From Thermoproteota archaeon (GTDB lineage: Archaea > Korarchaeota > Korarchaeia > Korarchaeales > Korarchaeaceae), in contig JAOZGC010000002.1 in NCBI GenBank assembly GCA_027491915.1, positions 288,001-352,000 on the forward strand: DNA of 64,000 nt. Reading direction: 5' to 3'. Within the stretch, counting starts at the first letter, position 1, and each line of letters begins with the position of its first letter. The notes below the pieces were generated by a model. The model did no database searches and was not told the DNA's origin. It saw only the letters and a list, made by a program, of their open reading frames with translations. The position numbers and the translations under genes were made by a program. Positions 46,594 to 55,071 of this stretch are shown piece by piece.

Positions 46594-48294
46594 ATGGCCT
46601 CCGAAGGGGCACCGACGCTCTTCGTGAGGAGGGCGTCAGGTCTCGTCAGGACGGTCGGGCCGACGACTGCCTTCATGATCGTCTTCACGCACACGGTCGG
46701 AGGCGGGATACACAAGCTGGCGGTCATAGCGGCCTACTCCTATCCGGGAGCCTTCGTGCCCTGGTCCTTCCTCATAACCGGGATATTCGCGGCCCTGCCG
46801 ACCGCCGTCATATACACCCTCATGGGAGCCATGATGCCCAGGACCGGCGGCGACTACGTCTTCATAACCAGGGGACTGAGCCCGGTCTGGGGATTCCTGG
46901 CTTCCTGGGGATTCTGGTTCACTGAGGTTCTCAGCTACGGCATAATAGCCTGGTACAGCATAGACTTCTTCACCGGGGCGGTGACCGCGGCGGGAATAGC
47001 CCTCAACGACGAGGGCCTGCTGGCGACCGCCCAGTGGATGAACACCATGGACGGCCACCTGATCCTGGGAGTCTCATTCGTCATAATATTCGGCGCGATC
47101 GCGTTCTTCGGAATGAAGATATATGGATATATCATCAACCTCCTGGGAATAATAGCCATATTAGGATGCCTTAGCAACATATTCATCCTCTCCGCCTGGG
47201 GGCTCTCGCCCGGGGCGGCCGTGGCCGGCTTCAACTCCATGTACGGCTCCGGGGCCTACGAGAAGATAGTCGCCAAGGCGTTCGAGCTGGGCAGCCCGCC
47301 CGCGAAGCCGTTCAGCTGGGCGGCCACCATAGACGCGGGAGTGGGCGCCATATGGGCCTACATAGGGATAGTCTCCGCCGTCTTCGTGGGCGGCGAGCTC
47401 AAGCAGCCCTCCACCTCCCTCATAGTGGCCCAGGTCCTTGGGACCATAGTGATAATGCTCTACTACATCACCCTCCCGTACCTCTTCTACGCCGCCTGGC
47501 AGGTCCCGGCCAGCGTCCTCCAGTCGACCCCGGGAGCCATGGAGTGGCTCTCCGCCAACGGCGTGCCGGCCGACAGGGTCTACTTCACCGCGCTCTACAA
47601 CTACGTCTACGAAGAGCTCGGGGCTGACGGGCTGGGGGCCCTCATAGGGGTGCCCGGGTCCCACATGCTGCCTCCAGGCGCCATAACCTCCTTCACAATA
47701 CCGCTCGTCCCCAGGGGTATGGAGTGGCTCCAGATTACCACCGGAACCATAGTGGGCATAATCCTGCTGAAGGACATCCCGGCCTTCTTCGTCGTGGCCA
47801 GCAGGATGGTCTTCGCCTGGGCCTTCGACAGGTTCTTCCCGGAGGTCTTCGCCTCCGTCAACGAGAAGTTCCACAGCCCGCACTGGGCCATAATCCTCAC
47901 CATGATAGGAGGCCTGGTGGGAGTCCTGATCCTCTACACCGCCGGGTACGACTGGGTCGCGGCCGCCGACACCTCCAACCTGTACCAGTTCGCCGTCATG
48001 TCCGCCAGCATAGCGGCCGCCGTGCTCCCGTACGTCAGGGCTGACCTGTACGAGAGGTCCACCCTCAAGTGGGAGATAGCCGGGATACCGCTGATCACCT
48101 TGCTCGGGGCCTACTCCTTCGCGGTGAACTTCTTCTTCTACTTCGTCACCAGCGCCCAGCTCGGGCTCAACATCTGGCTCCAGCAGTCCGTCTGGATGGG
48201 TCTCGGCGCCTTCATCTTCGTGGGCTACCTGATCTACAACCAGAAGCGCGGCATAGACGTGAAGACCATATACGCGGAGATACCGCCCGCGTGA
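46594..48294 (+). CDS. APC-family amino acid/polyamine permease
   Basis: FVR.ASGLVR, MPRTGGDYVF..R, GE.K.P, SR..FAWAFDR..P, IY.EIPP; about 14 TM. Confidence 0.9.
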   Translation: MASEGAPTLFVRRASGLVRTVGPTTAFMIVFTHTVGGGIHKLAVIAAYSYPGAFVPWSFLITGIFAALPTAVIYTLMGAMMPRTGGDYVFITRGLSPVWGFLASWGFWFTEVLSYGIIAWYSIDFFTGAVTAAGIALNDEGLLATAQWMNTMDGHLILGVSFVIIFGAIAFFGMKIYGYIINLLGIIAILGCLSNIFILSAWGLSPGAAVAGFNSMYGSGAYEKIVAKAFELGSPPAKPFSWAATIDAGVGAIWAYIGIVSAVFVGGELKQPSTSLIVAQVLGTIVIMLYYITLPYLFYAAWQVPASVLQSTPGAMEWLSANGVPADRVYFTALYNYVYEELGADGLGALIGVPGSHMLPPGAITSFTIPLVPRGMEWLQITTGTIVGIILLKDIPAFFVVASRMVFAWAFDRFFPEVFASVNEKFHSPHWAIILTMIGGLVGVLILYTAGYDWVAAADTSNLYQFAVMSASIAAAVLPYVRADLYERSTLKWEIAGIPLITLLGAYSFAVNFFFYFVTSAQLGLNIWLQQSVWMGLGAFIFVGYLIYNQKRGIDVKTIYAEIPPA

Positions 48295-48308
48295 TCGGGC
48301 GGCTCTCC

Positions 48309-48328
48309 TCTCCTCTTTTTCTTTTATT
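48309..48328 (+). terminator. Pyrimidine/T-rich archaeal terminator after the APC permease
   Basis: TCTCCTCTTTTTCTTTTATT about 15 nt after the stop codon. Confidence 0.55.
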
Positions 48329-48481
48329 CCACCTATCCGTCCGTCTCTCCTCGGTTGACCGTTCCGGTCGACCGGCTTGAACTTCCGGGCCGGGCCGCGC
48401 CTTCTCGGTAACCCCGGGGCTGGGGTACGCTTATATGATGCCCGCCCCGTCCGGCGCGGCGGAAGGCGAGAGGTGGTTCAT

Positions 48482-49441
48482 GTGGTCTTCAGGATGTTCT
48501 TCTCCGCCGACACCCACGGGAACACCGTGGTATGGAGGAAGTGGCTCAACGCGGTCAACGTGTACAAGGCGACCGTGATAATATTCGCCGGGGACCTGAC
48601 CGGGAAGGCCATAGTGCCCATATTCGACAAGGGCGGCAGGTACGAGGCGGAGGTCCTCGGGCAGAAGAGGGTGGCCAAGTCCGAGGAGGAGCTGAGGAAG
48701 CTCCAGGACTTCATAGAGGGGATAGGCTACTACTCCGTCGTCCTCACCCCAGAGGAGGTCCAGGAGATAGCCGCCAGCCCGAAGAAGCAGGAGGAGCTCT
48801 TCAGGGAGCTCATGACGGCCAGGATGAGGAAGTGGCTGGACCTGGTCCTGGAGAAGGTCAACGTCAAGGAGGTGATCCCCATAGTGATGCCCGGGAACGA
48901 CGACGAGCTCTACATAGACGACGTGATCAAGGAGTACGAGGACAGGGGCATAGTCTACCCCCTGGACAAGGTGGTGGAGATACCCTACGGCTATCAGATA
49001 GTCAGCCACGAGTACGTCAACCCCACCCCCTGGAACACCCCCAGGGAGGCCCCGGAGAAAAAGCTGGAGAAGATGCTGAGGGAGAGGATAGGGAGGCTGG
49101 AGACCTCCGACTTCAAGAAGGTGATATTCAACTTCCACCCGCCTCCCTACGACACGAAGCTGGACCTGGCCCCCAAGCTGGACAAGGACCTGAAGCCCGT
49201 CTACGTGGGGGGAAAGCCCCTGATGGTTCACGTCGGCTCAACCGCCGTCAGGAAGATGGAGGAGGAGTACCAGCCGCTGCTGGGCCTCCACGGCCACATA
49301 CACGAGAGCTACGCCAGCGACAGGATAGGGGAAACCGTGGTCCTGAATCCCGGGAGCGAGTACACCGAGGGGATCCTCAGGGGGTTCATAGTGGAGTTCA
49401 TGGAGGACGGGCTGAAGAACTGGTGGAAGATAGAGGGGTGA
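48482..49441 (+). CDS. Calcineurin-like metallophosphoesterase (Icc-related)
   Basis: ADTHG, GDLTGK, PGNDD, FHPPP, HVGS.AVR, HGHIHE, NPGSEY; GTG start after GAGGTGG. Confidence 0.88.
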   Translation: MVFRMFFSADTHGNTVVWRKWLNAVNVYKATVIIFAGDLTGKAIVPIFDKGGRYEAEVLGQKRVAKSEEELRKLQDFIEGIGYYSVVLTPEEVQEIAASPKKQEELFRELMTARMRKWLDLVLEKVNVKEVIPIVMPGNDDELYIDDVIKEYEDRGIVYPLDKVVEIPYGYQIVSHEYVNPTPWNTPREAPEKKLEKMLRERIGRLETSDFKKVIFNFHPPPYDTKLDLAPKLDKDLKPVYVGGKPLMVHVGSTAVRKMEEEYQPLLGLHGHIHESYASDRIGETVVLNPGSEYTEGILRGFIVEFMEDGLKNWWKIEG

Positions 49442-49442
49442 G

Positions 49443-50303
49443 GTGCGCTCCTTGACCGGAGGGGAGAGAGGAGGCGGGGACATACACTTCGTCGAGATGC
49501 GGCCGGAGGACTTCGTGGCCGAGTGCGTCGACATAGTGAGGAGGGCCCAGGACAAGGGGGTGGTGATAAGGATACTCGGGGCTATGGCCGTCTACCTGCA
49601 CACCGAAGGGTGCGAGAGGTGCAGGGAGATCCACAGGACCAGGTTCGGCGAGGGGACCCCCATGTTCACGGACCTGGACGTCATGGCCTACAAGAAGCAG
49701 AAGAAGAAGATAAAAGAGTTCTTCGAGAAGGATCTGAAATTCCTGCCCGACAGGATGGTCAACGTCCTGTTCGGGGACAAGAGGCTCATCTACTACCACC
49801 CCGAGGGGAAGTACCACGTGGACGTCTTCTTCGACAAGCTAGAGTTCAGCCACGACGTTCCCTTCGGGAGCAAGCCCGGCGAGGGGAGGCTGGACTTGTC
49901 TTTCCCCGCCATAACCCCGACCGACGTGGTGCTGGAGAAGCTCCAGATCCACGACATAAATCCGAAGGATCTGGTCGACCTGATAGTGCTCTTCATGAGC
50001 CACGATCTGGCCGAGGAGGACGGGGAGGGCAAGATAAACGCGGCCTACATAGCCGGACTCCTGGCGGACGACTGGGGCTTCTGGTACGACGCCACCCGCA
50101 ACCTGGAGCTGGTCAAGAGCTACGCCGACCAGATGGTGGGCGAGGGGAGGCTGAACCCTGAGGAGGCGGAGAGGGTGAAATCCCAGGTGGATCTCCTCCT
50201 CAGGAGGATAGAGGAGGAGCCGAAGACCAAGAGGTGGAGGAAGAGGGCCAAGACCGGGACCAAGAAGAAGTGGTACAGGGAGGTGGAGGAGGTAGTCAGA
50301 TGA
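49443..50303 (+). CDS. Uncharacterised nucleotidyltransferase-fold protein
   Basis: LGAMAV..H...TDLD (Pol-beta-like G..A/DxD), VDVF.D, KLQI...N.KD..D. Confidence 0.65.
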   Translation: MRSLTGGERGGGDIHFVEMRPEDFVAECVDIVRRAQDKGVVIRILGAMAVYLHTEGCERCREIHRTRFGEGTPMFTDLDVMAYKKQKKKIKEFFEKDLKFLPDRMVNVLFGDKRLIYYHPEGKYHVDVFFDKLEFSHDVPFGSKPGEGRLDLSFPAITPTDVVLEKLQIHDINPKDLVDLIVLFMSHDLAEEDGEGKINAAYIAGLLADDWGFWYDATRNLELVKSYADQMVGEGRLNPEEAERVKSQVDLLLRRIEEEPKTKRWRKRAKTGTKKKWYREVEEVVR

Positions 50304-50851
50304 CGAAGAGGGGCGCCGCCGCGGCCCTCGCCCTCCTCCTGCCGACCTCCGCCCCGGCGGGGGCGGCGGCCCAGCCCACCCCGCAGTCTCTATCTCTCGT
50401 CGCGCCCTCGGAGGTCGACCTGGAGATGAACTCCGACCTCGCCCCCCAGTTCGCGTCGGTCCTGTCCCACCCTCAGCCGGGGATGGACCAGGTCATACTC
50501 GGCGGCCCGGCCGTGAACCCCGGTCCCCAGTGGGAGGGGGCCGGCCTGGTCTCCTTCTACTCCAGGGGAGGGTACTACGTCGGGCTGACCTTCAGGTTCA
50601 CCACCTACTTCGTCGTCTTCGGGGACTCGGACTACGCGGCCGTGTTCGCCGTCAGGATGCCGGACGGCTCCGTCAGGGTCTACGTGGGTGGGATATCCAG
50701 GTTCGGCACCAGGGCCGGCCTCGTCTGGCTCCTGTCAGGCTCCAACCTCCGGCGGGTCCTGTCGGGGGGGACATACATAGTTCACTGGTTTGACTCTGAC
50801 GCCGACGACGAGGTGGACCTCGGGGAGATCTCGCTGGTCGCGTCGGGCTGA
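50300..50851 (+). CDS. Secreted hypothetical protein, S-layer-associated-like domain
   Basis: Signal peptide; ILGGPAVNP and V.G....GT.A motifs; C-terminal DSDADDEVDLGE (Ca-loop-like). Confidence 0.55.
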   Translation: MTKRGAAAALALLLPTSAPAGAAAQPTPQSLSLVAPSEVDLEMNSDLAPQFASVLSHPQPGMDQVILGGPAVNPGPQWEGAGLVSFYSRGGYYVGLTFRFTTYFVVFGDSDYAAVFAVRMPDGSVRVYVGGISRFGTRAGLVWLLSGSNLRRVLSGGTYIVHWFDSDADDEVDLGEISLVASG

Positions 50852-50889
50852 TTTTTATCGTCCCCGGGAACGCCTCCCCGGGGATCTCT

Positions 50890-52176
50890 CTGTCATACCT
50901 GGACTTCGTCGACAGGAACTACGTCCCGGGAGGGGACGATCTGGTTGCCCTGTTCTACGTAGAGCCGGCTGAGGGTATAAGCCTAGAGGAGGCCGCCGGG
51001 AGGGTGGCCAGCGAGAGCTCCAACGGGACCTGGACCGAGGTCGTCACCATGAGCGACAGGATTAGGGCGCTGAGCGCCAGGGCCTATCGGTTCGAGGGCG
51101 GGTGGGTGAGGGTGGCCTACCCGAGGGACCTCTTCGAGCCGGGGAGCCTGCCGCAGGTGTGGAGCTCCATAGCCGGGAACGTGTTCGGCATGAAGGCCCT
51201 CAGGGGGCTCAGGCTGGAGGACGTCTACTGGCCCAGGTGGCTGGTGGACAGCTTCCCCGGCCCGGGGCGCGGGATCTCCGGTCTGAGGGAGATCATGAAG
51301 GTCGAGGGGAGGCCCCTCCTCGCCACGGTGCCGAAGCCGAAGGTCGGCATGACCACGGAGGAGCACGTCAGGGCCGCCGTGGAGGTCTGGTCCGGGGGGG
51401 TTGACCTCCTGAAGGACGACGAGAACCTGACGGATCAACCATTCAACAGGTTCGAGGAGAGGGTCAGGGAGACCCTGAGGGCACGCGACGCTGTCGAGGC
51501 GGAGACCGGCGAGAGGAAGTCCTACCTGGTGAACATCACAGCCCCCTACAGGGAGATGGAGAGGAGGGCCAGGTTGGTCTCTGACCTGGGCGGGGAGTTC
51601 GTCATGGTGGACATACTGACCTCGGGGTGGTCGGCGCTCCAGTCCATAAGAGAGCTCTGCGCGGATCTGGGACTGGCTATACACGCCCACAGGGCCTTCC
51701 ACGCGGCCTTCACCAGGAACCCGAGGCACGGGGTGTCCATGAAGGTCGTAGCCGAGTCGGCCAGGCTGGCCGGGGTCGACACCCTGCACGTTGGGACGGT
51801 GGTCGGGAAGCTGGTGTCCCCCGTCGAGGAGGTCAGGGCGCTGGCGAGGATCCTCAGGGACCCCAAGTCGGACGAGGATCCGGATCTAAGACTGCTGAGG
51901 AAGGACTGGGGCTCCCTGAAGCCGGCCCTCCCGGTCAGCTCCGGGGGGCTTCACCCGGGGCTGATGCCGGACGTTATAAGGATACTCGGCCGCGACATAA
52001 TGATACAGGCAGGCGGCGGGGTCATGGGGCACCCGGACGGGCCCAGGGCCGGGGCGGCCGCGGTCAGGAGGGCCGTCGAGGCTGTCGTCGCCGGGGAAAC
52101 CTTGGAGGACGCGGCCAGGGACAGCCCGGAGCTGAGGAGGGCCCTGGAGCACTGGGGCAGGCTCAGGCCGGTCTGA
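50890..52176 (+). CDS. rbcL: Form III ribulose-1,5-bisphosphate carboxylase (RuBisCO) large chain; probable CTG start
   Basis: A.ESS.GTW, AGNVFGMK, KPKVG, GGVDLLKDDE, HAHRA.H, GT.VGKL, SGGLHPG, QAGGG..GHP; homology extends in frame upstream of 51004 to CTG at 50890. Confidence 0.93.
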   Translation: MSYLDFVDRNYVPGGDDLVALFYVEPAEGISLEEAAGRVASESSNGTWTEVVTMSDRIRALSARAYRFEGGWVRVAYPRDLFEPGSLPQVWSSIAGNVFGMKALRGLRLEDVYWPRWLVDSFPGPGRGISGLREIMKVEGRPLLATVPKPKVGMTTEEHVRAAVEVWSGGVDLLKDDENLTDQPFNRFEERVRETLRARDAVEAETGERKSYLVNITAPYREMERRARLVSDLGGEFVMVDILTSGWSALQSIRELCADLGLAIHAHRAFHAAFTRNPRHGVSMKVVAESARLAGVDTLHVGTVVGKLVSPVEEVRALARILRDPKSDEDPDLRLLRKDWGSLKPALPVSSGGLHPGLMPDVIRILGRDIMIQAGGGVMGHPDGPRAGAAAVRRAVEAVVAGETLEDAARDSPELRRALEHWGRLRPV

Positions 52177-53194
52177 TCCCGGGGCCAGCCAGGAAGAGGC
52201 CCCCGCCGGGTCCCCTCTCCCCCTTGCCGGCTCCCACATGCTTCCAGTCAGAGGTCACGGCGACCTCCTTCCCCCTCTTCCTCAGCAGGAAGTTGTACGC
52301 CGAGAGGGCCGCCGTGGCCCCCATGCCGGCCGATATTACCGCCTGCTTGTAGGGCAGATCTGTCACGTCCCCCGCGGCGAACACCCCCGGTCTGGAGGTG
52401 GCGCACAGCTTGTCGACCACCACCTCTCCCCTCTCGGTCAGGTCCACGAAGCCCCTCAGGAACTCCGTCCTGGCGGTGTAGCCCATCTCGACGAACAGAC
52501 CGTCGGTCTCTATCTCCCTCCTCCCCCCGGGGCCCTCAACCACGACGGATCCTATCCTCTCTCCCCCCCTTATCTCCAGGACCTTGGAGTTCGGGAGGAC
52601 CTCGACGTTAGGCCTCCCGGCCAGGGACCTGTAGACCTCCGGGTCGCCGCCGGGCGTCCTCCCCGGGAACACCCAGATCACGGAGGCCGCCACGTCCGCC
52701 AGCAGCCCCGCCGCCTCGACCGCGTGCTCCCCGACCCCGACCAGGATGGTCCTCTTCCCCCTGTACAGGGGCCCGTCGCATATCGTGCAGTAGGAGACCC
52801 CTTTACCCTTGAACTCCTCCTCTCCGGGGACTCCCAACTCCCTCGGGGTCTTGCCGAACGCCAGCACCAGGACCTCGGCCGAGAACTCCCTTCCGGAGGC
52901 GGTCCTCACCTCGAAGGATCCACCCTCCCCCTCCCCCACGTCGACCACCTGGTCGTAGAGTATGGAGGCCCCGAACTCCCTGGCCTGGGACTCGACCCTC
53001 CTTATCAGGCTCATGCCGTCCGTCGATGGGATTCCAGGGTAGTTCTCTATCTCGGTGGCCAGCAGGAGCTGGCCGCCCAGGTCCATGCCTATCACCAGGG
53101 TGTCGACCCCCTGCCTCGCCAGGTAGATGGCGGCCGAGAGGCCGGCTATGCCGGCGCCTATGACTATGGCCTCCCTCTCCTCCAAGGCGATCAC
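52163..53194 (-). CDS. trxB: Thioredoxin-disulfide reductase (TrxB family)
   Basis: IGAG.AG, GGQ, IENYPG, GKGVSYCTICDG, GVFAAGD, QA..SAG.G. Confidence 0.88.
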   Translation of the reverse strand: MIALEEREAIVIGAGIAGLSAAIYLARQGVDTLVIGMDLGGQLLLATEIENYPGIPSTDGMSLIRRVESQAREFGASILYDQVVDVGEGEGGSFEVRTASGREFSAEVLVLAFGKTPRELGVPGEEEFKGKGVSYCTICDGPLYRGKRTILVGVGEHAVEAAGLLADVAASVIWVFPGRTPGGDPEVYRSLAGRPNVEVLPNSKVLEIRGGERIGSVVVEGPGGRREIETDGLFVEMGYTARTEFLRGFVDLTERGEVVVDKLCATSRPGVFAAGDVTDLPYKQAVISAGMGATAALSAYNFLLRKRGKEVAVTSDWKHVGAGKGERGPGGGLFLAGPGIRPA

Positions 53195-53224
53195 CGGGGG
53201 CCCCGCCGATCCCCCCCTATAATC

Positions 53225-54103
53225 TCAACCCCTGACGCGCCTCCTGAGCCAGGGCCTCTCGTCCGACTTCTCGAACCCGGCCGCCTGGAAGGCGAAGTCG
53301 AACCTCTCCCAGTGCTGGGAGGAAACGGACTCGAAACCAGCCTCGCTGGCCAGTCTGAGGGCTATCTCCAGGGCGTCGAACACCTGGCCCGGGCTGGCCT
53401 CGGGCTCCCCCCACAGGACGAGGTTGGCCTGGGATCTCCTCCTCCTGTAGAGTAGGACGGCGAAGTTCCAGGATCCCACCCTTATGGCGAAGGCCTTGGG
53501 GGGATCCAGCCCGAGTTCGGCCGACTCTGGCCCCCACAGGAGCCTCCAGCTCAGCCTACCCGGCCTGAAGTCGCCGGATATCAGGGCCAGCCTGCTCGGA
53601 TAGTCCGAGGGCCCCATCCTCACGAGGCCGGCCAGCTCCGGGGCGGGCCTCGCCGGGGCGACGGACAGCAGGTGCCTGTCCAGCAGCATGAACCCCCTCC
53701 TCTCGAAGTACCCCTCGGCGCCGGGGATGGGTACCGTGTCTACAGACCTGAACCCCCAGGACTCGGCCTCCTCCTCACACCTCTCCACCAGGGACCTCCC
53801 TATCCCCATCCCCCTCGCCCTCGGGTGAACCCACAGCGACGCCAGGAAGGCGTGGGGACCCACCAGGGAGGGCCCCTCGTCCGGGATCACCTCGGCCTCC
53901 CCCAGGATCCTCCCCCCCTCCTCAGCCACGAAGGCGACCCCGCCCACCTCCCTCAGCGCCCTGAGGTACGCAGAGAACGCCGCCGGATCCCCCCACCACC
54001 CGAACCTCTCAATCCTGGCCTCCCTGCTGGCAGGCCCGGACCCGGCCACGTAGACCTCCACCACGCCGGGGGCGTCCTCCTCCCCGGCCTCCCGCACCCT
54101 CAT
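53225..54103 (-). CDS. GNAT-family N-acetyltransferase
   Basis: LWVHP.ARG.GIG..L, YF...GF; real start at MRVREA (54103). Confidence 0.82.
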   Translation of the reverse strand: MRVREAGEEDAPGVVEVYVAGSGPASREARIERFGWWGDPAAFSAYLRALREVGGVAFVAEEGGRILGEAEVIPDEGPSLVGPHAFLASLWVHPRARGMGIGRSLVERCEEEAESWGFRSVDTVPIPGAEGYFERRGFMLLDRHLLSVAPARPAPELAGLVRMGPSDYPSRLALISGDFRPGRLSWRLLWGPESAELGLDPPKAFAIRVGSWNFAVLLYRRRRSQANLVLWGEPEASPGQVFDALEIALRLASEAGFESVSSQHWERFDFAFQAAGFEKSDERPWLRRRVRG

Positions 54104-54154
54104 CGGGCGCCGCCTCGGGGGGAAATACAATAAATTTCCCGTGGCTCCCCCTAT

Positions 54155-55063
54155 ATGCCAGGATCGACTCCCGGACCCGGACCCGGGAGGGTCACCATGA
54201 TCCCCCTGAGGCTCCCCCTGGTGTCGCCCGGGGACGACCTGGTCTCCCTCCTCCTCTCCTCCCTGGCCGAGGCGGGGGAAGACCTGGAGGACGGTGACAT
54301 ACTGGTGGTGACCTCGAAGGTCGTCTCCAAGGCCAAGGGATACGTCACCAGGCTCAAGGACGTGAGGCCGGGTCTGAGGTCCAGGATAGCCTCCCTGCTC
54401 ATAGGGAGGGACGCCCGGGAGATAGAGCTGGTCAGGAGGAACTCCGCCAGGATACTCTTCTACGCCAGGATAGACAAGTTTGCGGGACAGCCCTTCCTGG
54501 CGGAGAGGTCGGTCGACCCTAGGGCCGCGGCGGAGATGTTCAGGGCGGCCAGGTCCCTGATCGCGGCGGAGCATCCGAGCCTGGGGATCCTCTCGGACGC
54601 CGGCGCCGACTGGTCCAACTGCCCGGACGACCTGATATGCCTCCTCCCCCCGGATCCAGACGCGGAGGCCGAGGAGATCAGGGAGAGAATAGGGAGGGAG
54701 ACCGGCAGGTCGGTGGGGGTCGTCCTGACCGACACGGAGTGGAAGTTCATGGGGAGGGGGCACGTGGACGTGGCGGTCGGGGTGAGCGGGGTTCCGGCCG
54801 TCTCCTCCGGGTTCGCCGCCCCGGACCTGTACGGGAGGCCGAAGTTCGGCGGAATGGAGGCGTGGGGAGACGAGCTCGCCTCCGCGGCCGCCCTCCTCAT
54901 GGGCCAGGCCGGGGAGGGGGTTGCCGCCGTTCTGATCAGGGGGCTGAGGCTGGAGGGGCCAGCCGTCGGGGCCCGGGAGGCCTACCTCTCCAGGGAGATC
55001 AGGCGGAGACTCCTATCGGTCGCCGCCAGGAGGTTCATCCTCCTGAGGATCTTGGGGCTATGA
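54155..55063 (+). CDS. cofE: Coenzyme F420-0:L-glutamate ligase (CofE)-like protein
   Basis: PLV.PGDDL, DGD..VVTSKVVS, AG.D.SN, LP.DPD..A..IR, VV.TDT, D.YGR, DELA.AA.L.MGQ..EG. Confidence 0.75.
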   Translation: MPGSTPGPGPGRVTMIPLRLPLVSPGDDLVSLLLSSLAEAGEDLEDGDILVVTSKVVSKAKGYVTRLKDVRPGLRSRIASLLIGRDAREIELVRRNSARILFYARIDKFAGQPFLAERSVDPRAAAEMFRAARSLIAAEHPSLGILSDAGADWSNCPDDLICLLPPDPDAEAEEIRERIGRETGRSVGVVLTDTEWKFMGRGHVDVAVGVSGVPAVSSGFAAPDLYGRPKFGGMEAWGDELASAAALLMGQAGEGVAAVLIRGLRLEGPAVGAREAYLSREIRRRLLSVAARRFILLRILGL

Positions 55064-55071
55064 CCCGTCCC

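Noticed and set aside
50890-52176. RuBisCO as evidence of Calvin-cycle autotrophy
   Set aside because: The sequence is form III-like, with no small subunit or phosphoribulokinase in the window.
53225-54763. 512-aa ORF as a long GNAT fusion
   Set aside because: The N-terminal 220 aa are the antisense shadow of the cofE-like gene; an AT-rich promoter region lies at ~54124-54137 and the real start is 54103.
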